Shown here in pieces: positions 38,505-50,075 of a stretch of 64,000 nucleotides of DNA (positions within the stretch are counted from its first letter, which is position 1; the number at the start of each line of letters is the position of its first letter). This DNA is from Lama guanicoe (lineage: Eukaryota): the NCBI GenBank assembly GCA_013239625.1, contig MU054001.1, forward strand, positions 2,300,151 to 2,364,150. Reading direction: 5' to 3'. The notes beneath the pieces are model-generated. The model was given only the letters and a program-made list of their open reading frames with translations. It did not search any database and had not been told where the DNA came from. The position numbers were made by a program, and so were the translations under genes.

Positions 38505-38901
38505 ATGGTGTCCTGCCTCTATCCCCTTGGCACTCACTTTCTCTACTCATATATGACTTCCTCCCCCCAGCCCTTTACCTGGCATCTCCGCCTGCACATA
38601 GGGGTAGGCTGGATGTGCTGGAGAGTTGATGTCCCACTGAAGGGGAGGATAAATACCTCAGATTCCTCCCTCTTCGAGCAGGACAACTCAGCGATCTTCA
38701 CCCTGTCTCTTGAAGGTCCCCAGTGGGACTGAGCCCCAGCTGCCCACTGTGCCAACCATCGACACATTCCTTATTGATCCTCCTTCCTGTCTTATTTGGG
38801 TTTCCCACTCTGTTTTGGTGCTTCCTGGGACCACCTCCCCAACTAATTACTTCTACCTAAATCCTTGGCTCTGGACCTGTGGAGAACTGAACCTGAGGCA
38901 C
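38505..38901 (+). mobile_element. ERVL LTR (LTR16-like)
   Basis: ggtccccagtgggactgagccccagctgccca...gcttcctgggaccacctcccaactaattactt...aatccttggctc. Confidence 0.75.
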
Positions 38902-39322
38902 TAGAGAACTTGAGACCTCGCCCACGACAAGAACCCCCTCCTCACTCACATCTCCCATTCTGATGCAAGGAATGACAAGGGTATTTGTTGACCAGCTGGG
39001 TTTTTAATTCTTTCCTCTATTCTGGACATACTGTTTCTGAGTAAAATTTAGTCAAAGACCTAAGTCATCAGGTTCACATAATAGTGTGTTACCATAGCGT
39101 TACAGCTTGTCATCTGCAACATTATGTTACTAGAGCTCACTTCTGGATTTTGTTTGTGTCAAAATGTTATTTCTATAATTTGAATGGGTAATACATGGGC
39201 ACATGGTAAAAAAAATAGGTGTGAAATGGTAGATAATGGCAGTAAGCACCTCTCATCCTAAATCTACCATCCTGTGACTAGTTTCTTAAGTGATTTTCCA
39301 GAAATATTCTTCAAATTAACAG

Positions 39323-39323
<1 letters not shown>

Positions 39324-39360
<37 letters not shown>
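39324..39360. repeat. (CA)18 microsatellite
   Basis: perfect CA run. Confidence 0.97.
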
Positions 39361-39363
<3 letters not shown>

Positions 39364-39544
39364 TGTCTTCCTATCCTGATAGAAGTATACTCTTCAGACT
39401 CTTCTGAATGTTGCATCCTCAAGTGAGGGTAAATCTTGTGATCATTTCACACCAGTAAACCTAGACTTGCCTTATTCCTTTTACAGCTGTGCAGGTCTCC
39501 ACTATATGGGTCAATTTTGCGTTGATGGGTGTTTAGGTAATCTC

Positions 39545-40130
39545 TGTAACCATCTAAAACCTTAAAACAACAACTGTTTTGGTGGGGAGATAGCTCAAGT
39601 GGTAGGGTGCATGCCTAGCACCCATGAGGTCCTGGGTTCAATCCCCAGTATTCCATTAAAGTAAGTAAATAAATAAATAACCTAGTTACCTCCCCTTATA
39701 CACAAAAGCAATCGTTTTGTTTACTCACAGTTCTGCAGTCTGACCTGGGCTTGGTTGGGCAGTCCCGCTGGCCTTGCCTGTAGTCATTCAGCTGGCGGGT
39801 GGATTTGGGGCTAGCACACTGGGAAGGTTGGGTCTCTTGCTGTCACTCCAGGTAGTCTCAGGGCCTCTCTCTTTCTCCATGGGCCTTCCATGGCCTCTCT
39901 ATGTGGCCTCCCCAGCAGTGTAGCTGGACTTGTTATGCAGTGGCTCCAGGTTCTGGAAGCTTCCAGGCCTTCTTAGAGTTTAGTCCAGAAACTAGCCTAT
40001 CCTCACCTCTGCTGTGTTCTCGTGCTGGACCAGGTCATAGACTCAGCCCAGATTCAAGGGGAAGGGACTTCACAAAGGTGTGGACACAGAGAGATGGGGT
40101 TCATTGGAGGTCACCCATCTGATAGAACAC
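39545..40130 (-). mobile_element. MLT1-like LTR containing a SINE
   Basis: ctcacagttctgcagtctg...cagcccagattcaaggggaaggga...caaaggtgtggac. Confidence 0.7.
39581..39705 (+). mobile_element. tRNA-Ala-derived SINE (vic-1-like), inserted in a MaLR LTR
   Basis: TAGCTCAAGTGG A box, GGTTCAATCCC B box, TAAA-repeat tail; TSD-like caactgtttt / caatcgtttt. Confidence 0.85.
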
Positions 40131-40574
40131 TGCAGGGGATTTCATGGGAAACTAACTAGTTAGGGGATCAGGGCTCCCAACAGATGTATATCCCCTTCTA
40201 TCGGATTTATGATATTTTATTTGAAAAGATAATTATGCTTTTTAATAATGGCTGTAAATCACTAATTTACATCATGGAATTATAAGAGGATTTAGCGAGA
40301 TCATCCAACTCTTCCCCTTCATTTGACCAATGAGAGATCTGAAAATCTAAAAGGTTAATTAATGGTCAAAAGAATGACCACATGCCCCTGACTCGCAGTC
40401 CCAGGGTCGGCACCCCAAGCCTTTATCCCCCTTCTCATGCCTTCCTGTTTCCCACTGATTTTCCACTTATGGGCTTCAATCCATTCGCTGGCTTAACCAA
40501 CATTTATTGAGCACCTGTTATGTTCCAGGCGCTGTTCAAGAAGGTCAGTATTTCAGGATTTCTAACCTTACACA

Positions 40575-40770
40575 CGTGAGCGGTGGGCTTGGACCATCTC
40601 ATGAGCCCTGCTGGTGTTCATCTTCAAGTTCACATTGAGAGATATTACATTGGAAGCTTGAACTGTGCCACGGTGGGAATATTTACAGCACAAAAATTCA
40701 CAAACACTACAAATCAGGACTCTTTGTCCCCCAAAGAGCTGGTTGTTAAACATTTACCAGCCCACCCTGG
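40575..40770 (+). mobile_element. MER63-like hAT DNA transposon
   Basis: gccacggtgggaatatttaca...ctacaaatcagg...gagctggttgttaaacatttaccagcccacc. Confidence 0.75.
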
Positions 40771-40970
40771 ACTTAGTTCTAAGTCAGGCTGCGAGGGGTT
40801 CCTGTACCATGGCCCTGCTGACCTAGGGGTATCTCTATTTTCATTCCTTTATTCACTCATTTAGTAAATGTTTATGGATCAGCTACCATGTTATAGGCCT
40901 TGTCTAAAAGAAACTGTCTCTATTCTTTACCAGACAATCGTTTTTAGGCAGGGAGGTAAGCCAGATCTGA

Positions 40971-41382
40971 TTTTTTTTTTAAATTGAAATATGGTTTATT
41001 TACAATATTGTGATAGTTTCAGGTGTACAGCAAAGTCATTCAGTTATACATATATATATATATATCTAATTTTTTAGATTCATTTCCATTCTTGTTTATT
41101 ATAAGATATTGAATATAATTCCCTGAGCTATATAGTATGTCCCTGTTGTTTAACGATTTTATGTAGAGTAATGTGTATCTGTTAATCCCAAACGTCTAAT
41201 CCCAACCTCTTCCCCTTTGGTAGCCATGTTTGTTTTCTATGTCTGCGATTCTATCTCTGTTTTGTAAATAAGTTTATTTGTATCTTTTTTTTTAAGATTC
41301 CACATATAAGTGATATCATATGATATTTGTCTTTCTCTGTCTGACTTACTTCACTTCGCATGATAATCTGTAGGCCTATCCC
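40971..41382 (-). mobile_element. L1 3'-end insertion with TSD
   Basis: polyT; L1 3'UTR; gatctgattttt repeated at both ends (40964 and 41383). Confidence 0.85.
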
Positions 41383-41699
41383 GATCTGATTTTTTAAGAG
41401 AGGCTGGTCATCTAGTGACTATTCTTGGGGTAGAATGATCCAATTTTTAAATGTGAGCAACAACTTTTTAAAAGTTTAAACTACTGCCTGGGCCAAACTA
41501 AACACATCTTTAAGTTATATTTGTCCTAGGGGCCACCAGTTTGCAACCTCTGCTTTAATCCTAACAAAAATATATGCCATCTAAGGCTCTGGCCTCTCCA
41601 ATCTTCCATTCCCACCAGTCATGCTGCAGTTAAACCACCTGAAAATCCACCTTCTACACTGTGTCTTTCATGATAAGTTTTAGATGCATGTTCAAAATA

Positions 41700-42590
41700 G
41701 TATACTTTGCCTAAAGACCTTTGGGGGTTCCCCAGTGAAGTCCATTTCTCCAGCATCATATTCCACTCTTCACTAAGATGCACGTATCTTCTTTTAGTTT
41801 CTTGAATAGCCTGTGCTCTCTGCCACAGGGCCTTTGCACTTGCTGTTCCTTCTTCCTGGCACACTGAACTTTCACCTCATTGACAACACAAAGACAGTAT
41901 GCTCGGGGAATCTCCATTCTCCTAGACTGGATCAGGTTTGTCTAATTTATCCCCTGTTATTACCGTATTTTGCACCTTTGTAGCACTGTGGTGACCACAA
42001 GAATGTATTTCTTAGATCTTTTTTACTGAAGGGAACATAATTGACTGACACCCCAAGCTGCTGACTCCAAATCCACCACCACCTCTCTGCTGAGGCCACG
42101 CTTCCCATGAACCGCTCCCAGACCGTGACTGAGCACAACAGGATAATGAAGGCTGGTCCCTTCTTGAGAACTTGTCTCTTTTGATGGGCAGCTTTGGTCT
42201 TGCCAGGTCTTCCTTAGAGTTATGCTGCAGCCTAAGACTACCCATCTCTCTCCTTCGCAGAACTGCTTCACTGCCTGATCTCTCTCCCAGGGTTCTCCAT
42301 CCCCCAGCCTAGTTTTACTCCCAAATTAATCTCTTCCCTGTTTAGTCCTGTCTTAGCGTCTGCTTCTCAGAGGCCATGAAATAACACAAGCGTCTATTAC
42401 AGTGGCAAATGTATACTTATGTATGCAGTTATTTGACAAATGCTTACCTCCCAGATCAGACTGGGCAGGCAGGATCAGTTCAGAGATGTGTTTATCTTTG
42501 GCTTACATTAAATCCCAGCATCTCCTCTGGGGCCTCGCACACAGTGGGTACTCAGTAAACACCTGCTGATTTAACATATGAATGAGACAA
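41700..42590 (+). mobile_element. L2 split by an LTR16-like ERVL LTR (~42020-42388)
   Basis: cacagggcctttgcacttgctgttcct; LTR end gtctgcttctcagagg...taacaca; L2 tail gcacacagtgggtactcagtaaa. Confidence 0.7.
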
Positions 42591-44049
42591 GTGAAAACAC
42601 AAGGCACTCAGAAAATGGAAGCTATAGTTAAATGTAATGTAGGCTTGTCCTAAGTATAGGCTGTGCTAATTTCAACATGGGAAACTGAAATTGGGGAGTG
42701 TCCCCAGGAGAAAAGGTAAATAAACATAAGGCAAATTCAGCCAGCCCAAGCAGTCCAGGTGGTAATTTAGGGGCTTAGAACTGGATTACATTTCAGTGTA
42801 CTTGGAGGCACCTCTGCTTTCTTCTTTCCCTAAATTGTGACAGTTTGGTAGCAGAGAACACACTGAGCTAACAGAGGAGTCGATTCAAATACTGTCCAAG
42901 GTAACCTCAGCAGGAGGAGGCAATGAAGGCAGAGTTGACAAAGGAGTTTTGAGACCAGAGTAAATTGAAGTCAACAGCGACCCAGCTCAGCATCTTGGGC
43001 AAGTCATTTTCCCTCTTCAGATTTTGACGTTCTGGTCTGCACCCTGAGAGGGGTGGCCTGGGGACCCCAAGGCTCTTCTAGACAGCCGTAGATTCTAAGT
43101 GGAGTGGACAGAGGAGAGTCCTCTTTCTTACTTCCTCACTGTAGTCCCTGTATCTACCCCAGAGCCTGGTACTTAGGAGGCTCTCAATAAATCTTGCTTG
43201 AATGAATTAACAAAAACATGAATGGAGGGTACCTCCTCTTCCCCTGGGTACACAGTGTTCCGGGGCCCCAGTCTGTGCTGGCAGGGAGAGCAGGAAGCAG
43301 CTGTTTACCTTTGAGGGAGCGGCTGGGTGATGTGCCTGTGTAAACAGCCATTTACCCAGGTGTCAAGAGGAGCCACTGAGAGAGAACACACATTTATTCC
43401 TTTCCTCACGGTAATGATCCAGAAATCCCGGCTTGCCTCTCTGCATTTTCCCAGGCACTGCTGGAGTGGGAGCCTGGTGTTTTTCTGACCTGGCCGGGAG
43501 TTAAGCAAGACCCTCACCCTCACTCCCCCTACTCTTATCCCAAGTCACTCCTTCTCTGGTGACAAATCAGGATGAATATCAGCATCTCACATTATCTTAT
43601 GATTGAATGTTTCTGCCTGCTTGCTGGCTGTACTCTTCCACCAGAATGGAAACGCCTTGAGAGTAGACCACTTGTCTTGCTCATTGCCCTATTTCCACAC
43701 CTGGAGGAGTGTCTTATACCGGGTGGGGCTGCCCAGTCAATAGATATTGACCAACTGCTAGATGAGTAAGGTTCGCACCGAACCTGCCCTAGTGCAATCA
43801 CTAGCCCGCGGTGGTGCCTGAAATTTCCACCCCTAAACTCACCTCTTTGGGGTAAGTCACCATTCTTTACTCAGTCATGACATAGAGCTTTCACAGTTTT
43901 TGTTGTATCTTTTACTCTTATTTACTTAATAATATTTCATCTCTCCTCTTTAAAGAAATTTATTTCAAATACTGTATGTCATGACTGTAAATGGAAACCA
44001 ATATCATTTTCCATACATAGAAAGTAACCATAAAAATAGATACTATGAA

Positions 44050-44140
44050 AAAGAATGTGTATGTATAACTGAATCACTATGCTGTACTCCAGAAGCTAAC
44101 ACAATATTGTAAATCAACTATACTTCAATAAAAAGAAATA
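44050..44140 (+). mobile_element. Short L1 3' end
   Basis: gtataactgaatcactatgctgtac...ttgtaaatcaactatacttcaataaaaa. Confidence 0.85.
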
Positions 44141-44959
44141 AATTAATATATAAGTATATAAACAAATAAATTGATCCAAACCTTTGTGCCAAAGGGATGG
44201 TAGATGGAGCTCTATTTCAACATATTTTTTTCTTTGTAAAACTAGGCATTTTGTTGTAGGCGTTTACAAAATGCTGTTAAGATAGGTTTCACCAGACTTC
44301 CAAAGGAGCCTTTGGTATCTTCCCTCAAAACCCTCAAAAAGAGATACCAGGATACAGTCTGCTAATGGTCCAAGCTTGAGGCCTGTTCTTTATTAAAAAG
44401 GAAAATCAAATAGTGTTAGGATAGGGTGTAAGGCACATTGACACCTACCTGAGACCTTCTGTGTCATAATCAGAAAGACTAAAAGGGAATAGAAAAGAGA
44501 AGGACTTTTTGGGTGTAATTTAGTGTCTGTGGGCTATATTAAGTCATCCCAGTTACCTTGGGTTAAGGTAGGGTCTTCAGAAATCCCAGTTACAGTACAT
44601 AATTATTTAGAGTTACATTAAATTGCACCACAATTATTTAGGGTTAAATTGCAAATCCATTATTTTGAACTAATTTATCAGTTCATATTGCTAAATATTT
44701 GTTGTGTGACTGTTGTGGATGAAGTTTTTGTGTTAAGCCCAGTTACTAAATATTTCTTGAGTAATGGGGGGAGAATGGTTATGTGACCATGATATCAATG
44801 TATATGTGACAAAAATCTAGTATCTATCATGCTAGATGAATCCCAAGATGCTATGAGCGTGATGAGAAGGTAGCTCAGTCTGGGGTTGGAAGGCAGGGCC
44901 AGGGAAGGCTTCCTCAGTAATCTTTGAGCTAAATCCTAAAGGATAAACCTACATTTTAT

Positions 44960-45330
44960 TTTTCAAAACTGCCTGATCATGAGAACTATCTGTAGGACTT
45001 ATTAAAATACTGATTCCTGGGCTCTCATTCAGACCATGTGGACCAGAGTCTCCAGTAGAAGGTCCTGGAAATCTTAAAAAAAAAAAAAACAAACACAAAA
45101 AACAAGTGCTTCACGTAATTCTTGTGAACAGGCAAGTTTGGAAACCATTGTGCTACCTAAGTCAGTTTCAAACTTGACTGTGCATTAGAATCCCTTAGGT
45201 AGCTTGTTAATATATGGATTAATATGTTGAGCCTATCTAATCAGAGTCTCCAATTCAAATGGCATGACCATTTTAAGATGCTCCAAGATAATTCTTGTGC
45301 TCACCGTATCTTACGAATCATTGAGCTAGA
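44960..45330. mobile_element. MER5-like MITE cluster
   Basis: ttaaaatactgattcctgggc...agtttggaaaccattg; tttcaaacttgactgtgcattagaatc. Confidence 0.6.
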
Positions 45331-45659
45331 GGGTGAGCAGTGTGGAGGTTACGGTGTGTATAACAAACATTTCAGGCAGAGGGAAGAGCATAAGCAAACA
45401 GTACATGGTGTATTTGGGAATCTTCAAGTACCAAAGCACAGAGAGGGACCACCGTAGAAAAGGCCCTGAGTGCCATGATAAGAAGCCTGGAATTTCTCTT
45501 ACAAGTCAGTGCTTCTGACCTGTGTCTGTGTATATGTGCTTGGAGAAACACTCTTCCGAATCACCTTTAGAAACTGCCAAGATGATGTTTTATAAGTGGG
45601 CAGTTGATGAACAGGGATAAGTACCAGGATATTTTTTTGGTAACTCCACCTTTGGAGTT

Positions 45660-48600
45660 CATTTAAACTTTTTTTTGGAGTCTAGCGTACTCACAGGAAA
45701 AATGCACAAATCTAAGATCAAGCAGAGCTTGATGAATTAGCACAAATAAAATACCCATCTACCACTCCGATAAAGAACACTACCGTCATCCCCAAAGCCC
45801 TATTTTTTGCCCTACCAGTTGATACCCTTGCTTTATCCCCACAGTTAACCAGTATCTTGACTTCTAACATCATAGATTAGTTTTATCTATTTTTTGAACT
45901 TGATAAAAAATGGAATTTTTGTACAGCATATACTTTCTGAATCTGGATTCTTTCACTCAACATCGTGTTTGAGAAGCTCATCTGTGATGTTGCAGTACTT
46001 TATTTGCCTACTCTATTGTTTCAAGATGTTGGCAATTACAAATTATGCTACTGTGGACATTACTGGATATATTTTTTGGTGCACATATGTATTCATTTAT
46101 GTTGGGCATATATCTTTGAGTGGAATTCCAGGATCATAGGGTATGTGCATGTTCGATTTTTATATACTTGTTAAAGAGTTTTTAAAGTGGTTCTTACCAG
46201 TTTATAATCCCACCAGAAGTATGAGAATTCCAGTTACTCCATGCCTTTACCTCACTTACTGTTAACAGTGTTTTTCATTTCAGTTATTCTAGTGGATAAG
46301 CAGTGGTAAGTCCTTGTAGCCTTACTTTACATTTTCCCAGTGACTGCTAAAGTTAAACACCTTACCATGTGTTTATTGGCCATTTGAATACCCTTTTGAA
46401 AGATGCCTGTTTAAACCTTTTGCCTATTTTTTCTATATTTTTCTTATCTATTTGTAGGAGTTAATATATATTCTGGATGTGACTCATTTAGTTTCAGTAT
46501 TTCAATTTTTTCTCACTCTGTAGTTGGCTTTTCTACTCTCTTAATAATGTCTTTTACTGAACAGAAATTCTTAATGTTAATGAAGCCCAAATTACCAATC
46601 TTTTCCCTTTATAGTGTTTATTATGTTCTGTTGGGAAATCTTAGCTTATCCAAGATCATGAAGATATTCTCCTCTACTGTGCTCTGGATGCTCTATTGTT
46701 TTACCTCTCACATGTACATCTATAGTCTGCTTTGGGTGTATGGGGTGAAGTATGAATGAAGACTTTAAATTTCATATGAACTTTTAAGGATTCAGAACCA
46801 TTTTCTGAAAAGACCATCCTTTCTCACTGCCCCGCAGTGTCGCCTTTTTCATAAAACTGGTGTCCATATGTGTGTGGGTCTCCTTCTGGACCGTCTGTTA
46901 TCTTTTAGTCAATTTTTCTATCCTTGCACCGATATACATTGTCTTAACAACTATAGCTTCATAATAAATCTTGTGCCCTGGTAGTGTAAGTCTTTCAACC
47001 TGTTCTTTTTCAAGACGGTCTTGCTATTCTCGGATATCTCTTATTTAATATAAAATTTAAATCAGCTCATCAGTTTCCAAGAAATATCTGTTGAGATTTT
47101 GGTTGGTATTGCATTTATTCTGCGTAAATATTTGGGGAGACTTGATATCTTTACATACTGTGCCTTTGTTTTTGAAGCTTTCTGTTTTAAAATTTTAGGT
47201 TGCAGTTATTTTCTTTCTGCACTTTGGGTATATTATTCCATTGCCTTATGACATTTCATTTGAAGTCGCCTGTAAGTCTAATTGTTACTTCTTTAAAGGA
47301 AAGACATTCCCTTCTTTTAAGATTTTTCTGTTTGTCTTTGGCTTTTAGTATTTTTATTATAATGTGGTAAGTATCCATTTCTTTATATTTTGTTATTTGA
47401 GATTCAAAGTTCTTCTTGAATCTTGGATTGACATCTTTTGTTTTGAAAAAACTTTAGCCATTATTTCTTCATATGTTATTTCTGTTCCATTTGCTCTTTC
47501 CTCGCCTTTTGAGACTCCCCTTAAATGTCTTTTTTTAGAAAAGCCATGTCCATATGTCTGCTAGTCTCTTAACTGCATTCACCTTTTTTCTCTTCTCTCT
47601 CTCTGCTTTAGTTCAGGTATTTGCTTCTCATATAGCATCTAGCTTACTAAGCTTCCTTTCATCTCTGCCTAATCTGCTGTTGAATTCATCTGGTTTATTA
47701 ATTTCAATTATTTTATTTTTAAATTATAGAATTTTATTTCATTTTTTATAGTTCCCAGTTTTTGGCTGAAATTCTGATTCTTTAAAGTATAATTCTTGAA
47801 AGTAATTTCTTTAAAGTATTTAAATAAATTTTTTATTGCGCTATAGTCAACTTATAGTGTGTTAATTTCTGGTGTGCAGCATAGTGATTCAGTGATATAT
47901 ATATTTATATATATATATATATAAATTCTTCTTCATATTCTTTTCCATTTTAGGCTATTACAAAGTATTGAATATGGTTCCCTGTGTTATATAGTAGGAC
48001 CTTGTTGTTTATGTATTTTATATACAGTAGTTAGTATCTGCACATCCTGAACTCAAATTCATGTCTAATAACTCCAGTATCTGTATACTCATCTACTTCT
48101 TTAGTCATGTGATTTTGTCCCCTGAGATGACTGGTTGTTTCAAATTAAATACCAGATGTTGGTCTATTTTTAAAAAATGAAAATAATTTGAGACTGTGGG
48201 TAACTTTATTTTCTTGCAAAGAAGATTGGCTTATACTTCTAGCAAACTGAGTAGGGGCAGATCACTCAATCCAGTCGGGGTCTGAGTTCATTAAAACTGG
48301 ACTTCACTCTTTGTGAGGGCTAGTTTATTTCTGGTTCACCTCTTATTTCTATAATATGGTCTTCCGTTGATGCCAGTGGAAAACATGGGATGTTTTTCCT
48401 TGCTGGGTTCTGAGCTCCCATTTTCCTCCTCAGTGTGGTAGGACTGCCGGAAGCATTGCTCAGCTTCTCTGCTCCAGCCACTGCTTGTGAATCAGATAAA
48501 GACCTTGAGGGGGAAAGCAGACTGAATATTGAACTCACATCTTTGCTCTTGCCTTTTCTCAAGGGTCTTAGCCCCTCAAGTCCTCGCAGACTTGGTAGCT

Positions 48601-48690
48601 CTTTGATGCCTTCAACCCAAATCAATCAAATATTTTCTCTGGCTTTTCTAATTGTCCTTTGCTGATGGATTAGTGTGCAGCCAACAAGTC
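45660..48690 (-). mobile_element. Ancient L1 (3'UTR, ORF2 and ORF1/5' remnants) with a younger L1 3' end inserted at ~47826-48055
   Basis: ttctttcactcaacatc, cccaccagaagtatgagaattccagtt, ttctgaaaagaccatccttt, ttagccattatttcttca. Confidence 0.75.
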
Positions 48691-49131
48691 TACCATTATA
48701 GTCTCCAAAATATATTGTTCCATAGGAAAAGGAAGTTATAAAAGAATATGTGTAGTGTAAGCCTGTATTCCACAAAATAAAAAAAATTTGTTGCAACAGT
48801 CACAGAAGTATAATCTGAAAAAGGAGTCACCAATCCATTTACACTGGCTACCCATTATTATTTTCTGTACTATCTACTTTTGAAATGTTTGGACTTCACT
48901 CTTCAATGAGGATATATTCATATATAAGGGGAAAATAATAAGATCATTTTTAAAAATTGAAGAAATGAAAATGGCATAATAGACAAAACAGCTGGAAAGC
49001 AAGCTTGTCTTTACCTGTGTTTCCTAATTTGGGAAAGCCAAGCTTACCGAATCTCCAGTAATATGTGGAGCGGTCACGTCCTGGTTAGACTCATGCTGTA
49101 TGTTACAGTAACTTCCCCTTCCTCGGCGACA

Positions 49132-49244
49132 TTATGATCTCCTCTTTGATTTCCTCAGTGATCCAGTGGTCGTTTAGTAGCATATTGTTTAGCCTCCACG
49201 TGTTTGTGGCTTTAGTAGTTTTTTTTTTTTTCTTTGCAGTTGAT
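49132..49244 (-). mobile_element. Isolated internal L1 ORF2 (endonuclease-region) fragment
   Basis: ctctttgatttcctcagtgatccagtggtcgtttagtagcatattgtttagcctccacgtgtttgt. Confidence 0.8.
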
Positions 49245-50075
49245 GGAGCTACTTTATGGAGGCACATCTTAGTTCAGCAACTTTCCAGGGTGGTGAGTTA
49301 CCTGCAGGGACACAAATTTACTCACTGTTTCTTGTTAACTACTTGATTTGTAAATAAAAGGGAAACCAAAATTATAGGCATCTTCCAACTCTAGGAAAAC
49401 ATTTATTTTTCCAAACTAACTTTAGCATGCAACTAATTAAAAAGAACTTCCTTCTTAGAAAGAGAGACACTGACACAGAGAGGGCTACAATTTACATAAA
49501 GGCTCAGTTTGAAAAATCCATTCCATTGTTTTTCAAGTGAATACTGAAATCCAAATTTGGCAGTAAATACTTATCTAATTTTCCCCTTATTTATTCTACC
49601 TAGGTTTCTAGTGTTTTATGATCATTTTGAATCTGAATTTTGTCTCCACCTGTGTTAACTCATGCTCTCATTATTTCGTCAACTGAAGCAGACATGTCCT
49701 AATCTAAGTTATTTATGAAAACTTTGAAATTTTTCTTTAAAATCAGAATCAAGGGCAGAATAAAGTGAGACTTTACTAAGGGTTTCTCTGTAGATTGTCA
49801 ATAATAAATCGACATCCTTTGTGTGTGAACATTCAATCTACTTCAAATCCACCTGACTACAGTATAAACCTGTCCACATTTCCCTTGCTCCACTACAGCT
49901 GCCAAACATTTTATCACCATTCAAATCTTCTTCTTGGTGAACTAAGCCAGCCTTCACGTACCTGCTCACATTGTACCATATTGTATGTCAATTGTATCTC
50001 AATAAAACTGGACCAAGGATGAACAAGCTGGGCCAGTTACTCCAACATTTTCCATCTCAAGAGTTTGGTAAAGAG

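Noticed and set aside
39581..39655. tRNA-Ala genes (also at 27816 and 30121)
   Set aside because: Degenerate stems, A-rich tails and TSD-like flanks show these are SINEs, not tRNAs
43770..44600. Possible DNA-transposon relic around the short L1 tail
   Set aside because: Looks repeat-like, but I could not assign a family or termini with confidence
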